In this document: one piece after another, positions 1 to 8,654 of the stretch | Layout of the letters: every line of letters begins with the position of its first letter | How positions within the stretch are numbered: the first letter of the stretch is position 1 | Assembly: GCA_051382335.1 (NCBI GenBank) | Contig: JBBCAX010000417.1 | Span: 1 to 18,386, forward strand | Direction: 5' to 3' | DNA: 18,386 nt | DNA from: Deltaproteobacteria bacterium TL4 | GTDB taxonomy: Bacteria; SAR324; NAC60-12 | Translations under genes and position numbers: made by a program | Notes under the pieces: generated by a model | The model's database searches: none | The model's input: only the letters and a program-made list of their open reading frames with translations | Told to the model about the DNA's origin: nothing

Positions 1-351
1 GGCTTGGATTGGATGACATCGGAATTCCTCATAGAGAAAAGTGGAAAAATTCCTTCCTTTTCTCAAATTCCTTCCTGTTTGTCTATCCTTGGATTGCCTC
101 CATTTTGGCGAAACGATGACTATGGCCTGCCTGGGGGATTACCAAAAATCGAATTGGCAAGCGGTTTAACCTTGAGCAAATGGGGGCGCTGTGCCTCTAT
201 CAAACCAGGAGCCAGTGTCCCAGATGCCCTTTATCCCTGGTATTGGAACCCGGATCATACATTCGTGTTAGCGAATGGGGTGAGTTGCGACAAAAAAGGT
301 GAGGATTACTGGAGAAGTATACTTATTTTTTACGTGTTCCTTAGACCATAA
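1..351 (+). CDS. 3' part of a hypothetical protein (probably truncated by the window edge)
   Basis: Frame 1 is open from base 1 to TAA at 349-351. The product is Trp/Cys/Gly-rich and matches no family I recognise. Confidence 0.5.
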   Translation, partial: GLDWMTSEFLIEKSGKIPSFSQIPSCLSILGLPPFWRNDDYGLPGGLPKIELASGLTLSKWGRCASIKPGASVPDALYPWYWNPDHTFVLANGVSCDKKGEDYWRSILIFYVFLRP

Positions 352-360
352 CACTTCCTC

Positions 361-401
361 AAAAAAGAAATATTGACACCGTTCATCGTATTGGATACCT
401 T
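361..401 (+). promoter_or_regulatory. putative sigma70-type promoter for fliM
   Basis: TTGACA (373-378), 17-nt spacer, TACCTT (396-401), preceded by an A-rich tract (361-372). It lies about 100 nt upstream of fliM. Confidence 0.4.
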
Positions 402-504
402 GATGAACTCTGATAGGATGAAAATGTTGTGTTTCAAAAATGTTCCCCATTTAGCGGCGGAACATCATTGAGATAACCGTGGATAAAGTACATAAGGAGT
501 TCTC

Positions 505-1530
505 TTGAGTCAAATTCTCTCTAAAAAAGAAGTGGAACTACTGCTAAAAGGTATTCCTGAAATCGAGTCTGAACCGAAACAAGAATCACCATCCCATGAG
601 CTTGCCGACGAAATTGTGCCCTTTGATCTCGCTCACCAAAACAGGGTTATTCGAGGAAGAATGCCTGGTCTGGAGATGGTTCACAGCCGATTGGCACGAC
701 TCTTCCGTCAGACGATCTCCATGAGTCTTCGTCGTCCCGTTCATATCCAATGCCGTGCCACAGAATTGATGAATTACAAGGACTATATTGAGGGGATCGC
801 CTATCCTGCTTCAGTCAACCTTTTCCATCTCTCCCCTTTACGCGGCAATGCACTGTTGGTTCTTGAGCAACGACTGGTCTATACCTTTATTGACATGCTT
901 TTTGGAGGAACTGGAGAGTTGGAAGTTCATGGGGTCAGTCGAGATTTTTCAAACATTGAAATGCGAATGATCTCAAAAGTGGTTCATAGCGCGCTGGATG
1001 ATCTCCAGGCAGCATGGGAGCCTTTAGTTCCGCTCAGAATCCGGTACGTCCGTTCAGAAACCAATCCCAGACTCCTGACGATAGTCCCCGATTCCGAGGT
1101 AGTCGTGGTCACTACTTTCGATGCCGAAATCCACCATTCAACCATGACCTTCAGCATCTGCATCCCTTATTCACTACTTGATCCCATACGATCAAAACTG
1201 AACGCGGGTCTCCAGAGTGAGCACTCCGGACGCAGCGCAACTATTTCAAACTACCTGTCTGAGAATGTCAAAAAAACGACCGTCAATGTCAAAGTCTACT
1301 TGGGACACCATCAAATATCGTTAAGGCGTTTCCTGCAACTCGACGTAGGGGACCACATCCCTCTTGATCAGGAATGTAGTGAGCCGCTCAAGGTTCTGAT
1401 ACAAAACGTAGCAAAGCTTGAGGGGTTCCAAGGGGCCTATAAGGGACAGCGAGCCATAAAAATCAGCAAACTCCTCTATGAACCCCGCGCCTACAGCAAT
1501 CTGTTTGATTCTCCCACAGAAGAAGACTAA
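505..1530 (+). CDS. fliM: flagellar motor switch protein FliM
   Basis: N-terminal ILSKKEVELLL (variant of LSQxEIDALL), PFDL..R.IRGRMPGLE, FGGTG (GGxG FliG-contact motif), DFSNIE, ETNP, ICIPYSLLDPI and a C-terminal SpoA domain. TTG start with TAAGGAG RBS at 493-499. Confidence 0.95.
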   Translation: MSQILSKKEVELLLKGIPEIESEPKQESPSHELADEIVPFDLAHQNRVIRGRMPGLEMVHSRLARLFRQTISMSLRRPVHIQCRATELMNYKDYIEGIAYPASVNLFHLSPLRGNALLVLEQRLVYTFIDMLFGGTGELEVHGVSRDFSNIEMRMISKVVHSALDDLQAAWEPLVPLRIRYVRSETNPRLLTIVPDSEVVVVTTFDAEIHHSTMTFSICIPYSLLDPIRSKLNAGLQSEHSGRSATISNYLSENVKKTTVNVKVYLGHHQISLRRFLQLDVGDHIPLDQECSEPLKVLIQNVAKLEGFQGAYKGQRAIKISKLLYEPRAYSNLFDSPTEED

Positions 1531-1546
1531 GAAAAGAATCTCGCCT

Positions 1547-1843
1547 TCAGTTCCTTGCGCTCTCACCCGCACGATCCACACGTTCCTTGAGATCCTTACC
1601 CGTTCTGAAAACGGGTAATTTTTTCGGAGGTACTTTAACTTTTGCCCCTGTTTTAGGGTTTCGTCCGGTATAACCTTCATACTCTTTCAACACAAAAGAC
1701 CCAAACCCTCGGATTTCCACACGGTCCCCTGTATTTAAAGCGGTTTTAATACTATCAAAAAAAATGCGAACTACTTTATCCGCGACTCTAACATTACAAT
1801 TACTCTGTGTTGCCAATTTTTCAATAAGTTGTGATTTATTCAT
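1547..1843 (-). CDS. ihfB: integration host factor beta subunit (HU/IHF family)
   Basis: MNKSQLI..., GDRVEIRGFGSF, GRNPKTG, and P.FRTGKDLKERVD are IHF-beta-type motifs. Confidence 0.85.
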   Translation of the reverse strand: MNKSQLIEKLATQSNCNVRVADKVVRIFFDSIKTALNTGDRVEIRGFGSFVLKEYEGYTGRNPKTGAKVKVPPKKLPVFRTGKDLKERVDRAGESARN

Positions 1844-2203
1844 ATTTGCTTTTATGTTTTCAAAGTTTCATTGTTTATGCGTTCACCAATCAATAACAAG
1901 TCCTTGCCAAGAAATAAGTGTAAAATCAACCCCATTTTTAAACAATTTTCATTTTTATTCCGCGATGAGTTCTTCAATTCAGCAATAAGCGGCTAATGCT
2001 TAGCTCTCTGAGCATAGAAAAAGTATTGATAAAATTCAAGTGTTGATCGTTTTTTTTTTTACTATCCTTTATTTTAGCGGTTATAAACGTCACAAGATGT
2101 TAAAAAGCCTTGTGTTCCACAAACGATTTAGTTATTTCTTACCGGGGTGCCCTAAGTTGGATGTATTATTAAGAAGTGAAAAGTGGAGAGATAGAGACAA
2201 ATC

Positions 2204-3088
2204 ATGCGAATATTGATTTCAGACGATAATCAAGATGTTTTGAACACGCTTCGTGTGTTTCTTGAGGATCAAAAGCATATCGTTGTTGAAGCACATGACG
2301 GAGAAGAAGCCTTACATGTGTTTCAAAATTCATCCATAGATGCGGTTTTCAGCGCATTGACCATGCCCAAAATGGGTGGGATGGAATTATTAAAGGAGCT
2401 CAAGCATCTCAATGCACAGCTCCCGTTTGTCATCATATCGCGTCATGGCGATCCTGATAACATCTTAGCGTCCTTAAATTTAGGAGCCTGTGACTTTCTT
2501 ACCAAGCCCTTGGAAAAATCGGATTTGCTAAGAAGCATCAATAAAATTAAGAGTCTCAGGGAAGACTCCCAGTTCAGTATGTACTGTTTGGAGAATTCGG
2601 TTTCTGAGTCTCGTTCCCTGGAAATAGGAAATGATTTTGAATACATTAACCGTATTGTTAATTTTATCACACGAAACTTAACTTCCTATAAAATTCTTGA
2701 AGAAGAAGATCTGTTTACGATGACGATTATTCTTGGGGAAGCTCTGGAAAATTCCATTTTTCACGGAAATCTTGAGATTTCCTCAGAATTGAAAAAGGAA
2801 AAATTTGAAAGATTTCGTCAAGAGGGCGAACGCCGCAGAGAAATAGAACCTTATAAAAGTCGCCGAGTGTATATTTACTACGAAATGACGAGAAATTCCG
2901 TTAAATATATCATTCGGGATGAGGGGCAGGGATTTGACCACAATATGATTCCGGATCCTAAAGATCCTGAAAATCTTTTCAAAGTCAGTGGACGAGGCAT
3001 TTTATTAATCATGAACTTTATGGATGAAGTTTTTTGGAATGAACGTGGAAATGAAATCACTATGGTACGTTATAAGAAGCGAAGTTAA
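2204..3088 (+). CDS. receiver domain (phospho-Asp replaced by Ala) fused to an RsbW/SpoIIAB-like HATPase_c (anti-sigma factor Ser/Thr kinase-like) domain
   Basis: N-terminal ILISDD...DG.EAL...AVFSALTMP.MGG...DFLTKP. C-terminal EALENSIFHGN (N box), IRDEGQGFD (G1), SGRGILLI..FMDEV.WNERGNEITM. Confidence 0.85.
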   Translation: MRILISDDNQDVLNTLRVFLEDQKHIVVEAHDGEEALHVFQNSSIDAVFSALTMPKMGGMELLKELKHLNAQLPFVIISRHGDPDNILASLNLGACDFLTKPLEKSDLLRSINKIKSLREDSQFSMYCLENSVSESRSLEIGNDFEYINRIVNFITRNLTSYKILEEEDLFTMTIILGEALENSIFHGNLEISSELKKEKFERFRQEGERRREIEPYKSRRVYIYYEMTRNSVKYIIRDEGQGFDHNMIPDPKDPENLFKVSGRGILLIMNFMDEVFWNERGNEITMVRYKKRS

Positions 3089-3824
3089 TTTATCGTTACT
3101 CGTCAGCATGTTCTCTTTGTTGGTTTTTCAAGGGTGTGCGGAGACGGACGCCGAGATCAGAACACCGGCAAAAGAGCTTTATCAAAAAGCTTTTATTGCC
3201 TATGAGGAGGATTTACTCCAGGAATCGGAAGATAAATTCAAGAAACTCACAGAAGAACACCCAGGTACCCGTTTAGCGACCTTGGCTTACTTAAAAATGG
3301 GAGACATCAATTACCAAAGAGCAAAATGGGAAGATGCGGAGACCAATTATCGCCTGTTTTTAACCATCAACCCGAATAGTCATTTGACGCCGTATGTGCT
3401 CAATCGCTTGATTGCCCTGAACTATAAGCGGAATGTGACAGGTCTTTTTTTCAAAGAACGGAGCTTTGATCGGGATATGGACCCGAATAATAAAATCATA
3501 GAGGAATATCAGCGATTCTATCTGATGTATTCTCAGAATGCTTATATTGAGGAGGTTCGTGAGTATTTGCTCAAGGCGAGATCAGACTTGGCGGAGCATG
3601 AGTATTTAGTAGGAAATTTCTATCTCAAACAGAGAGCCTACGACTCCGCAATTCACCGGTATCTTTATTTGCTGAGGCAATACCCGGAGTATCCCAAACG
3701 TTTGGAAGTTGGTAAAAGTTTAATTGAGGCGTATTACAGTAACCAACAATCCCACTTAGCTAAAGAAATGGAAAAAGTGTTAGAGTTCCAAGAAGTATTA
3801 GGGAAAATAAACGAAAAAGGTTGA
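3051..3824 (+). CDS. bamD: outer membrane protein assembly factor BamD-like TPR lipoprotein
   Basis: Lipobox VFQG-C, TPR repeats, the BamD-like motifs DRD and LAEHEYLVGNFY...AY.SAI.RY..LL.QYP. The start is uncertain (3024, 3039 or 3051); 3051 gives a normal-length signal peptide. Confidence 0.8.
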   Translation: MKSLWYVIRSEVNLSLLVSMFSLLVFQGCAETDAEIRTPAKELYQKAFIAYEEDLLQESEDKFKKLTEEHPGTRLATLAYLKMGDINYQRAKWEDAETNYRLFLTINPNSHLTPYVLNRLIALNYKRNVTGLFFKERSFDRDMDPNNKIIEEYQRFYLMYSQNAYIEEVREYLLKARSDLAEHEYLVGNFYLKQRAYDSAIHRYLYLLRQYPEYPKRLEVGKSLIEAYYSNQQSHLAKEMEKVLEFQEVLGKINEKG

Positions 3825-3828
3825 GACC

Positions 3829-5049
3829 ATGCGGAGCTTTTTTCTGATAATACTGCTCCTGACCCTTCTACAAATTATTAGTGGGTGCAGTGCACTGGAA
3901 CGTTTGAATAAGAAAATGCCCCCTGAAGCGGAAGTCCCGAAAGTGGTGAGTGAGCAGGATCAACAAAAAATGTTGACACAGCTCCAGGCCGAACAGATAA
4001 AGCTTCGGGAACAGGTTCAGACTTTAGATCAGCAGATCAGTACGCTGAAAAAGACACAAGAGGAACAGCTTCAGCAATTAAATACCATGCAGGCGCAATG
4101 GGAAACCAACTTTATGCTCTTTGAAGAGTCGGTGTCTGAATCCTTGGAGAAAACAGAACGACAACTCCAGCAGCAAAAGGTGCAATCCCTCGTGCCTACC
4201 CCCGTTACGACGCAAACGCAAACAGCTCAGCCTTCCAAAACGCAAGCGCCTCCCCCAAAAGTGCAACCCCGATTGCTTCAGGCAGAACAAAAACCTTTAA
4301 TAGAAACCTATTCTTTATTCCCTCCAGCGCCAATACAAGGGGAAGACGCTAAAAAAACAACGGTGCCCGTACCACTCCCCCCAGTTCCAACACAAGGGGA
4401 AGACGCTAAAAAAATAACGGTGCCCGTACCACCTCCACCAAGAATTCAATCGTTAACGCCCAAAACCCTAATCCCCGCTCCCGCCCTTTTACCGTTACCC
4501 CCTCCTGATGAAGACGAGGTGGTGAATGAGCAAAAACCATCAGCTCCAGCGGAAACGCCGCAACCCGGACCTGCCCAAGACCCCCCAGGCAATGTTGCCG
4601 CAGTTCCTTTTCAGGACGCGGATCTGGAGGAACCACAAGCACCGTTAACGCTTAAAATGCATCCAGGTGTGAAGCGGTTGTATAATCAGGGGATGTCGGC
4701 ATTGATTGAGAAGCGGTACGAAAGCGCAATTCAGCTGTTCAATAATTTTACAGAACAATTTCCAGATGATTTTGACAGTGATAACGCAACCTATTGGATT
4801 GGTCATTCTTATTTTAAATTAAAGCGACTTTTGGAAGCTGAAAACGCCTTTAGAAAGATCCTGAGGCTTTACGAACATCGTTCCACGTCTCAGGGATATA
4901 AAACACCTGAGGCCATTTATATGTTAGGTAAAATTGCGGCTCAGCAACAAGAATTTGAGAAAGCACGGTATTATTTTCAAGAGGTAAACAAGCGCTTTCC
5001 TGATTCTTCATCAGCGGAAAGTGCAAAAAAAGAATTACAAAAACAATAA
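3829..5049 (+). CDS. CpoB/YbgF-like (Tol-Pal-associated) TPR protein with lipoprotein signal and long Pro-rich linker
   Basis: Lipobox ISG-C, Gln-rich coiled coil, Pro-rich linker, and C-terminal TPRs LYNQG...F..F..QFP....DNATYWIG..YF...KTPEAIYMLG...V.KRFPDSSSA..A. Confidence 0.7.
   Translation: MRSFFLIILLLTLLQIISGCSALERLNKKMPPEAEVPKVVSEQDQQKMLTQLQAEQIKLREQVQTLDQQISTLKKTQEEQLQQLNTMQAQWETNFMLFEESVSESLEKTERQLQQQKVQSLVPTPVTTQTQTAQPSKTQAPPPKVQPRLLQAEQKPLIETYSLFPPAPIQGEDAKKTTVPVPLPPVPTQGEDAKKITVPVPPPPRIQSLTPKTLIPAPALLPLPPPDEDEVVNEQKPSAPAETPQPGPAQDPPGNVAAVPFQDADLEEPQAPLTLKMHPGVKRLYNQGMSALIEKRYESAIQLFNNFTEQFPDDFDSDNATYWIGHSYFKLKRLLEAENAFRKILRLYEHRSTSQGYKTPEAIYMLGKIAAQQQEFEKARYYFQEVNKRFPDSSSAESAKKELQKQ
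4330..4443 (+). repeat. 57-bp in-frame tandem duplication (2 x 19 aa)
   Basis: CCAA(T/C)ACAAGGGGAAGACGCTAAAAAAA(C/T)AACGGTGCCCGTACCAC at 4330 and 4387, encoding P(I/T)QGEDAKK(T/I)TVPVP. Confidence 0.95.
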
Positions 5050-5060
5050 AAGATATTATT

Positions 5061-5597
5061 ATGGTTACCAATACTAATGTTAAATACAGTGTCCGGTTAT
5101 TGAGCGAAGCTGACGTGAATCAACCTTGGTTCCTCGAATCAACCCTTGAGTACAAGCTCAAGATTGCACTTTTGCAAAACAGGATGGGGGAGCATTATCC
5201 AAAGATGACAGAGATGATTGTCCGTTTGTTGAATCATCAAGGAGCAGAAAGGCAAATCCGGAGACTTCGCCCCAAAAATGAGGCCGTTTTAGCCTATTTG
5301 GTAAAGGTTGGAGTTAACAACAAGGTTTTTCATTATTTATTGATTATTGGGGGAGAAGTCTCAACAAAAACGAAAAGCATGGGCTACACACAAAATACGG
5401 ATAGTTACGCTTATCATAATTGCTATTGTGTTATTGGCGCAAAAGAGTTACTTCAAGACTCAAAATTTGGAACACCTAAAAGCACACGAGAGGTTCAAGG
5501 GCAAGTTTTTCATGAGTATGAAGTCAAAGAAAGGGCAACTTGTGAACTGATCATGAATTTGTTAAAAAAGATTTGTACTCAGGAAAAAGTTCTTTAA
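5061..5597 (+). CDS. hypothetical cytoplasmic protein
   Basis: 178-aa ORF tightly packed between the CpoB-like gene (11-nt gap) and cheY (39-nt gap). No recognised motif. Confidence 0.7.
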   Translation: MVTNTNVKYSVRLLSEADVNQPWFLESTLEYKLKIALLQNRMGEHYPKMTEMIVRLLNHQGAERQIRRLRPKNEAVLAYLVKVGVNNKVFHYLLIIGGEVSTKTKSMGYTQNTDSYAYHNCYCVIGAKELLQDSKFGTPKSTREVQGQVFHEYEVKERATCELIMNLLKKICTQEKVL

Positions 5598-5636
5598 CCC
5601 CCTATTTTTCTATAACTTTATTTCATTAGAGGCGTT

Positions 5637-6026
5637 GTGTCGAGCAAGGACATTAACATTTTAGTTGTCGATGATATTGAAAACATGCGTAAACTCATTG
5701 CGAGCATGCTCTTTAAGTTGAAGTATTCGCAGATTACCATGGCGATTGACGGACGGGATGCGTGGAATAAATTACAAAATGGCCAGTTCGATCTGGTTGT
5801 TGCGGATTGGAATATGCCTCAAATGAGTGGCCTGGATTTATTAAAGGCGATTCGGGGTCATGCCAGTTTTGCGGATCTCCCTGTGCTCATGATTACGGCA
5901 GAGGCTGTCAAGGAAAATATCGTTGCAGCGGCAAAACACGGGGTCAATGGCTACATTGTCAAACCCTTTAGTCCCGCGACCCTGGAGCAAAAAATTTCAG
6001 ATATTTTAGCTAAAGCAGGCAAGTAA
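5637..6026 (+). CDS. cheY: chemotaxis response regulator CheY
   Basis: Single receiver domain closely resembling E. coli CheY: ILVVDD..MR, DWNMP.MSGLDLL, PVLMITAEA.KENI, GYIVKPF...TLEQKI. GTG start with AGAGG RBS. Confidence 0.9.
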   Translation: MSSKDINILVVDDIENMRKLIASMLFKLKYSQITMAIDGRDAWNKLQNGQFDLVVADWNMPQMSGLDLLKAIRGHASFADLPVLMITAEAVKENIVAAAKHGVNGYIVKPFSPATLEQKISDILAKAGK

Positions 6027-6039
6027 GCAAAGGCCCCCT

Positions 6040-6414
6040 ATGCTGGAATTTGTTAAAACAGAACAAAGAAACCAAAGTCAAGAACAGTTCAAACACCAAA
6101 AGCGTAAGTTTTTATGTAAAATTTGCCAAACCGTCATCAGTGAAGAAAAGTACCTACTGGTCACTCATGGAGAGACGCCTTATCATACTTTTAGAAATCC
6201 CCTGGGACTTGTTTTTAATATTGTCACCTTATCTTATTGTGAAGCCCTGTGTCCAGTTTCCACCCCCACCTCTGAAGAAACCTGGTTCTCAGGCTTCACC
6301 TGGACCATCGAATGCTGCGTCGTCTGCCGAGAGCACTTGGGATGGTGTTTTGAAGGGACGTCAGAACCCTACCGCTTCTATGGATTGGTTTACAACCGAC
6401 TTGAATCAAAATAG
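6040..6414 (+). CDS. cereblon-like CULT (thalidomide-binding, Yippee/Mis18 fold) single-domain zinc protein
   Basis: CKIC...FRNPLG..F...TWFSGFTW...CVVC.EHLGWCF...FYGL, matching cereblon CxxC...NPHG...SWFPGYAW...CxxC..HIGWKF...FWGL. Confidence 0.9.
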   Translation: MLEFVKTEQRNQSQEQFKHQKRKFLCKICQTVISEEKYLLVTHGETPYHTFRNPLGLVFNIVTLSYCEALCPVSTPTSEETWFSGFTWTIECCVVCREHLGWCFEGTSEPYRFYGLVYNRLESK

Positions 6415-6463
6415 TGTCCAGGCGGCTGTCCCAGAATAGGTTGAGAGGAGCGATTAGCGAAGC

Positions 6464-6498
6464 GGCACCCATCAAAATGCACGTCTCTGAGGGGTGCC
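6464..6498. terminator. hairpin between convergent genes (possible bidirectional terminator or degraded REP)
   Basis: GGCACCCATCA (6464-6474) pairs with TGAGGGGTGCC (6488-6498), 10/11 bp. No clear U-tract. Confidence 0.3.
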
Positions 6499-6526
6499 AG
6501 TGAAGTGAGGGGTCTTGGACAAGGAC

Positions 6527-8608
6527 CTAAGATCGTTTCACTTTAAAAAAGGAAACAAGCTTTTTAAGTGCTTCTGCCATTTTCGAAAGTTCCCCGGCAC
6601 TTTCGGTAGTGTGTGCCACAATATACTTCATGGATTTAACGGTTTCTTCAATCACCGTAATATTTTGATGAACCCCCTGAACACTCATTGAAACGTGAGC
6701 ACTGGAACGAGCTGCTTCTTTGACGCCTACTGAAATTTCGGTCAGGTTCCGGGTTGCTTCTTTTGCGGCATAAGAAGCCTCTGAGGTTGAAGAGGTTATT
6801 TCCTGGAGTCCTTCGGTGGCCTCCTTGACGTTGAGTGCCGAGGTTTGGCTGGCTTTGGCGATTTTTTCAATCGAAAGATTCACATTCGAAAAAGCCTTGC
6901 TTTCTGTCTCAACCGTTTGATCAATCGTGGTATTGATACTTGCGATCTCCGTATTGATTTCATTCACATGGGTCATGTGCACCAGACTCGTTTTCATATA
7001 GGTTTGAATCTGTTCTATATGCTGTCCGATACTGCTGTTCGCGTCTGTGGTTTGATGAGCCAGTTCTTTTACTTCCGCGGCAACGACGGCAAACCCTTTT
7101 CCGGCTTCTCCCGCACGAGCAGCCTCAATGGTCGCGTTGAGAGCCAGCATATTGGTTTGTCCGGCAATTTCGTCAATCAGCTCCACAACTTGTCCGATTT
7201 CTGTCGCCGCTTTTCCGAGTTGATTCATGGTATTTAAGGTTTCTTGAGCACGTTCGCTGGCATTTTGCGAAATAGTCATCGCTTTTTGAGTACTTTGAGA
7301 AATCTGCCCCATGGAAACAGACATCTTCTCGATCGTCAGGGCAACCTTTTGAATATCCTCGGAAATCAAGTTAACATTTTGACTTGTACTGGACATTTTA
7401 CTGGACGCCTGATTTGCCGCCGAAGCGATGGCATTGATATTGGTACTCAACTGTTCCACTGCGGAAGTTACCGCAAGGATATTACTTGAAGACTGTTCTG
7501 TCGCGGCCGCAACCGTGTTGACATTGTGGCTCATATCCTGGGAGGCTTTCGAAATGGCATTGGTTTGCTCGTGAATTTCTGTCGAACTGGCGGCCATATG
7601 ATTAGCGACGTCAGTCAACTCGGTCGCCGCAATATAAAGTTGATCCGTATGGGTCGCAATCTCACTGACTGTATCATGAATCTTAAGCGTAAACTGGTTA
7701 AACCCCCGGCTTAACGCGCCAATCTCATCTTGTTTCCGTATTTCAAGACGGACGGTTAAATCGCCTTCACCTTGAGTTAAATCCTCAAAAGTTCTAATAA
7801 AATGATGCAGAGGGACATAGAGCGTGTAGCGGAAAATAAGGAACATCAGCAATGTCACAGGAATGATAATGGCAATAATAATCACTCCCATACTTACCAA
7901 GCTTTCGTCCCTTTGCTGATTGAAGAGATCCTTGTTCATCTTGAGGCTCAAGTAACCCGCGATATTATTTTCTTTCCAATGGGTATGGCACTGTATGCAG
8001 TTTTTGGTAACAGGAATACTATAATAAAACAGGAATCCGACTTCGGTAATCTTATGCGCCATCCGTTTTTCATCAAATTGTAATTTTTCTTCTTTAATAT
8101 CAAAGTGACAGGTTCCACATCTTTCATGTCCTTCTTCTTTTCTATGTTCCATCGCTGTTTCTGTATCTAAACGGTCTATAATATTCCAATCTTCTCGTTT
8201 ATATTGCCCTTTCGTCTCTTTATAAAGTTCAATATTAGGGTTATCAAATTCACCTGTATCAGGATCTTTCGTAAAGGGGATACCCACCGTGACTTCCCCT
8301 GATTTATAGGTCATCAATCCAAACGATGAATAAAGTGCGGTTTCTTCAATTTCATTTAGATTGGCAATATTATTGACAACATTTTGAAATGGTTTTCGTT
8401 GTCCTTTTTCAAGAGATTCCTTGGATTGTCGAACAAAACTACTGAGCAAACTATACCCCGAGTTAATCATTCGCTCCTCATGCATGCGGTTTTGAACGAT
8501 GTAGACAACGATTGCGATAACAATGGCAATGGCAACCGTCGCGCTACTTACAAAAAAGATGGAACGATTAATCAATGATTGTTGAACTTGAACGCTGGAA
8601 TTACTCAT
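6527..8608 (-). CDS. methyl-accepting chemotaxis protein with a periplasmic di-haem-c (2 x CxxCH) sensor domain
   Basis: TM1 (IFFV...VVYIV), periplasmic CGTCH (8105-8119) and CIQCH (7985-7999), TM2, HAMP (GDLT.RL....DEIG.L...FN.F), and the signalling tip [37 protein letters not shown]. Confidence 0.95.
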   Translation of the reverse strand: MSNSSVQVQQSLINRSIFFVSSATVAIAIVIAIVVYIVQNRMHEERMINSGYSLLSSFVRQSKESLEKGQRKPFQNVVNNIANLNEIEETALYSSFGLMTYKSGEVTVGIPFTKDPDTGEFDNPNIELYKETKGQYKREDWNIIDRLDTETAMEHRKEEGHERCGTCHFDIKEEKLQFDEKRMAHKITEVGFLFYYSIPVTKNCIQCHTHWKENNIAGYLSLKMNKDLFNQQRDESLVSMGVIIIAIIIPVTLLMFLIFRYTLYVPLHHFIRTFEDLTQGEGDLTVRLEIRKQDEIGALSRGFNQFTLKIHDTVSEIATHTDQLYIAATELTDVANHMAASSTEIHEQTNAISKASQDMSHNVNTVAAATEQSSSNILAVTSAVEQLSTNINAIASAANQASSKMSSTSQNVNLISEDIQKVALTIEKMSVSMGQISQSTQKAMTISQNASERAQETLNTMNQLGKAATEIGQVVELIDEIAGQTNMLALNATIEAARAGEAGKGFAVVAAEVKELAHQTTDANSSIGQHIEQIQTYMKTSLVHMTHVNEINTEIASINTTIDQTVETESKAFSNVNLSIEKIAKASQTSALNVKEATEGLQEITSSTSEASYAAKEATRNLTEISVGVKEAARSSAHVSMSVQGVHQNITVIEETVKSMKYIVAHTTESAGELSKMAEALKKLVSFFKVKRS

Positions 8609-8654
8609 GAATGGATCCTGATTGCTGTCTTTTTAAGTTCCTGTTGACTCACCT

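Noticed and set aside
1321..1988. ORFs 1321-1680 (-) and 1764-1988 (+)
   Set aside because: They overlap fliM and ihfB in other frames or strands and have no recognisable features.
6050..6439. 129-aa alternative-frame ORF overlapping the CULT gene
   Set aside because: The 6040-6414 frame has all cereblon motifs; this frame is low-complexity with no motif.
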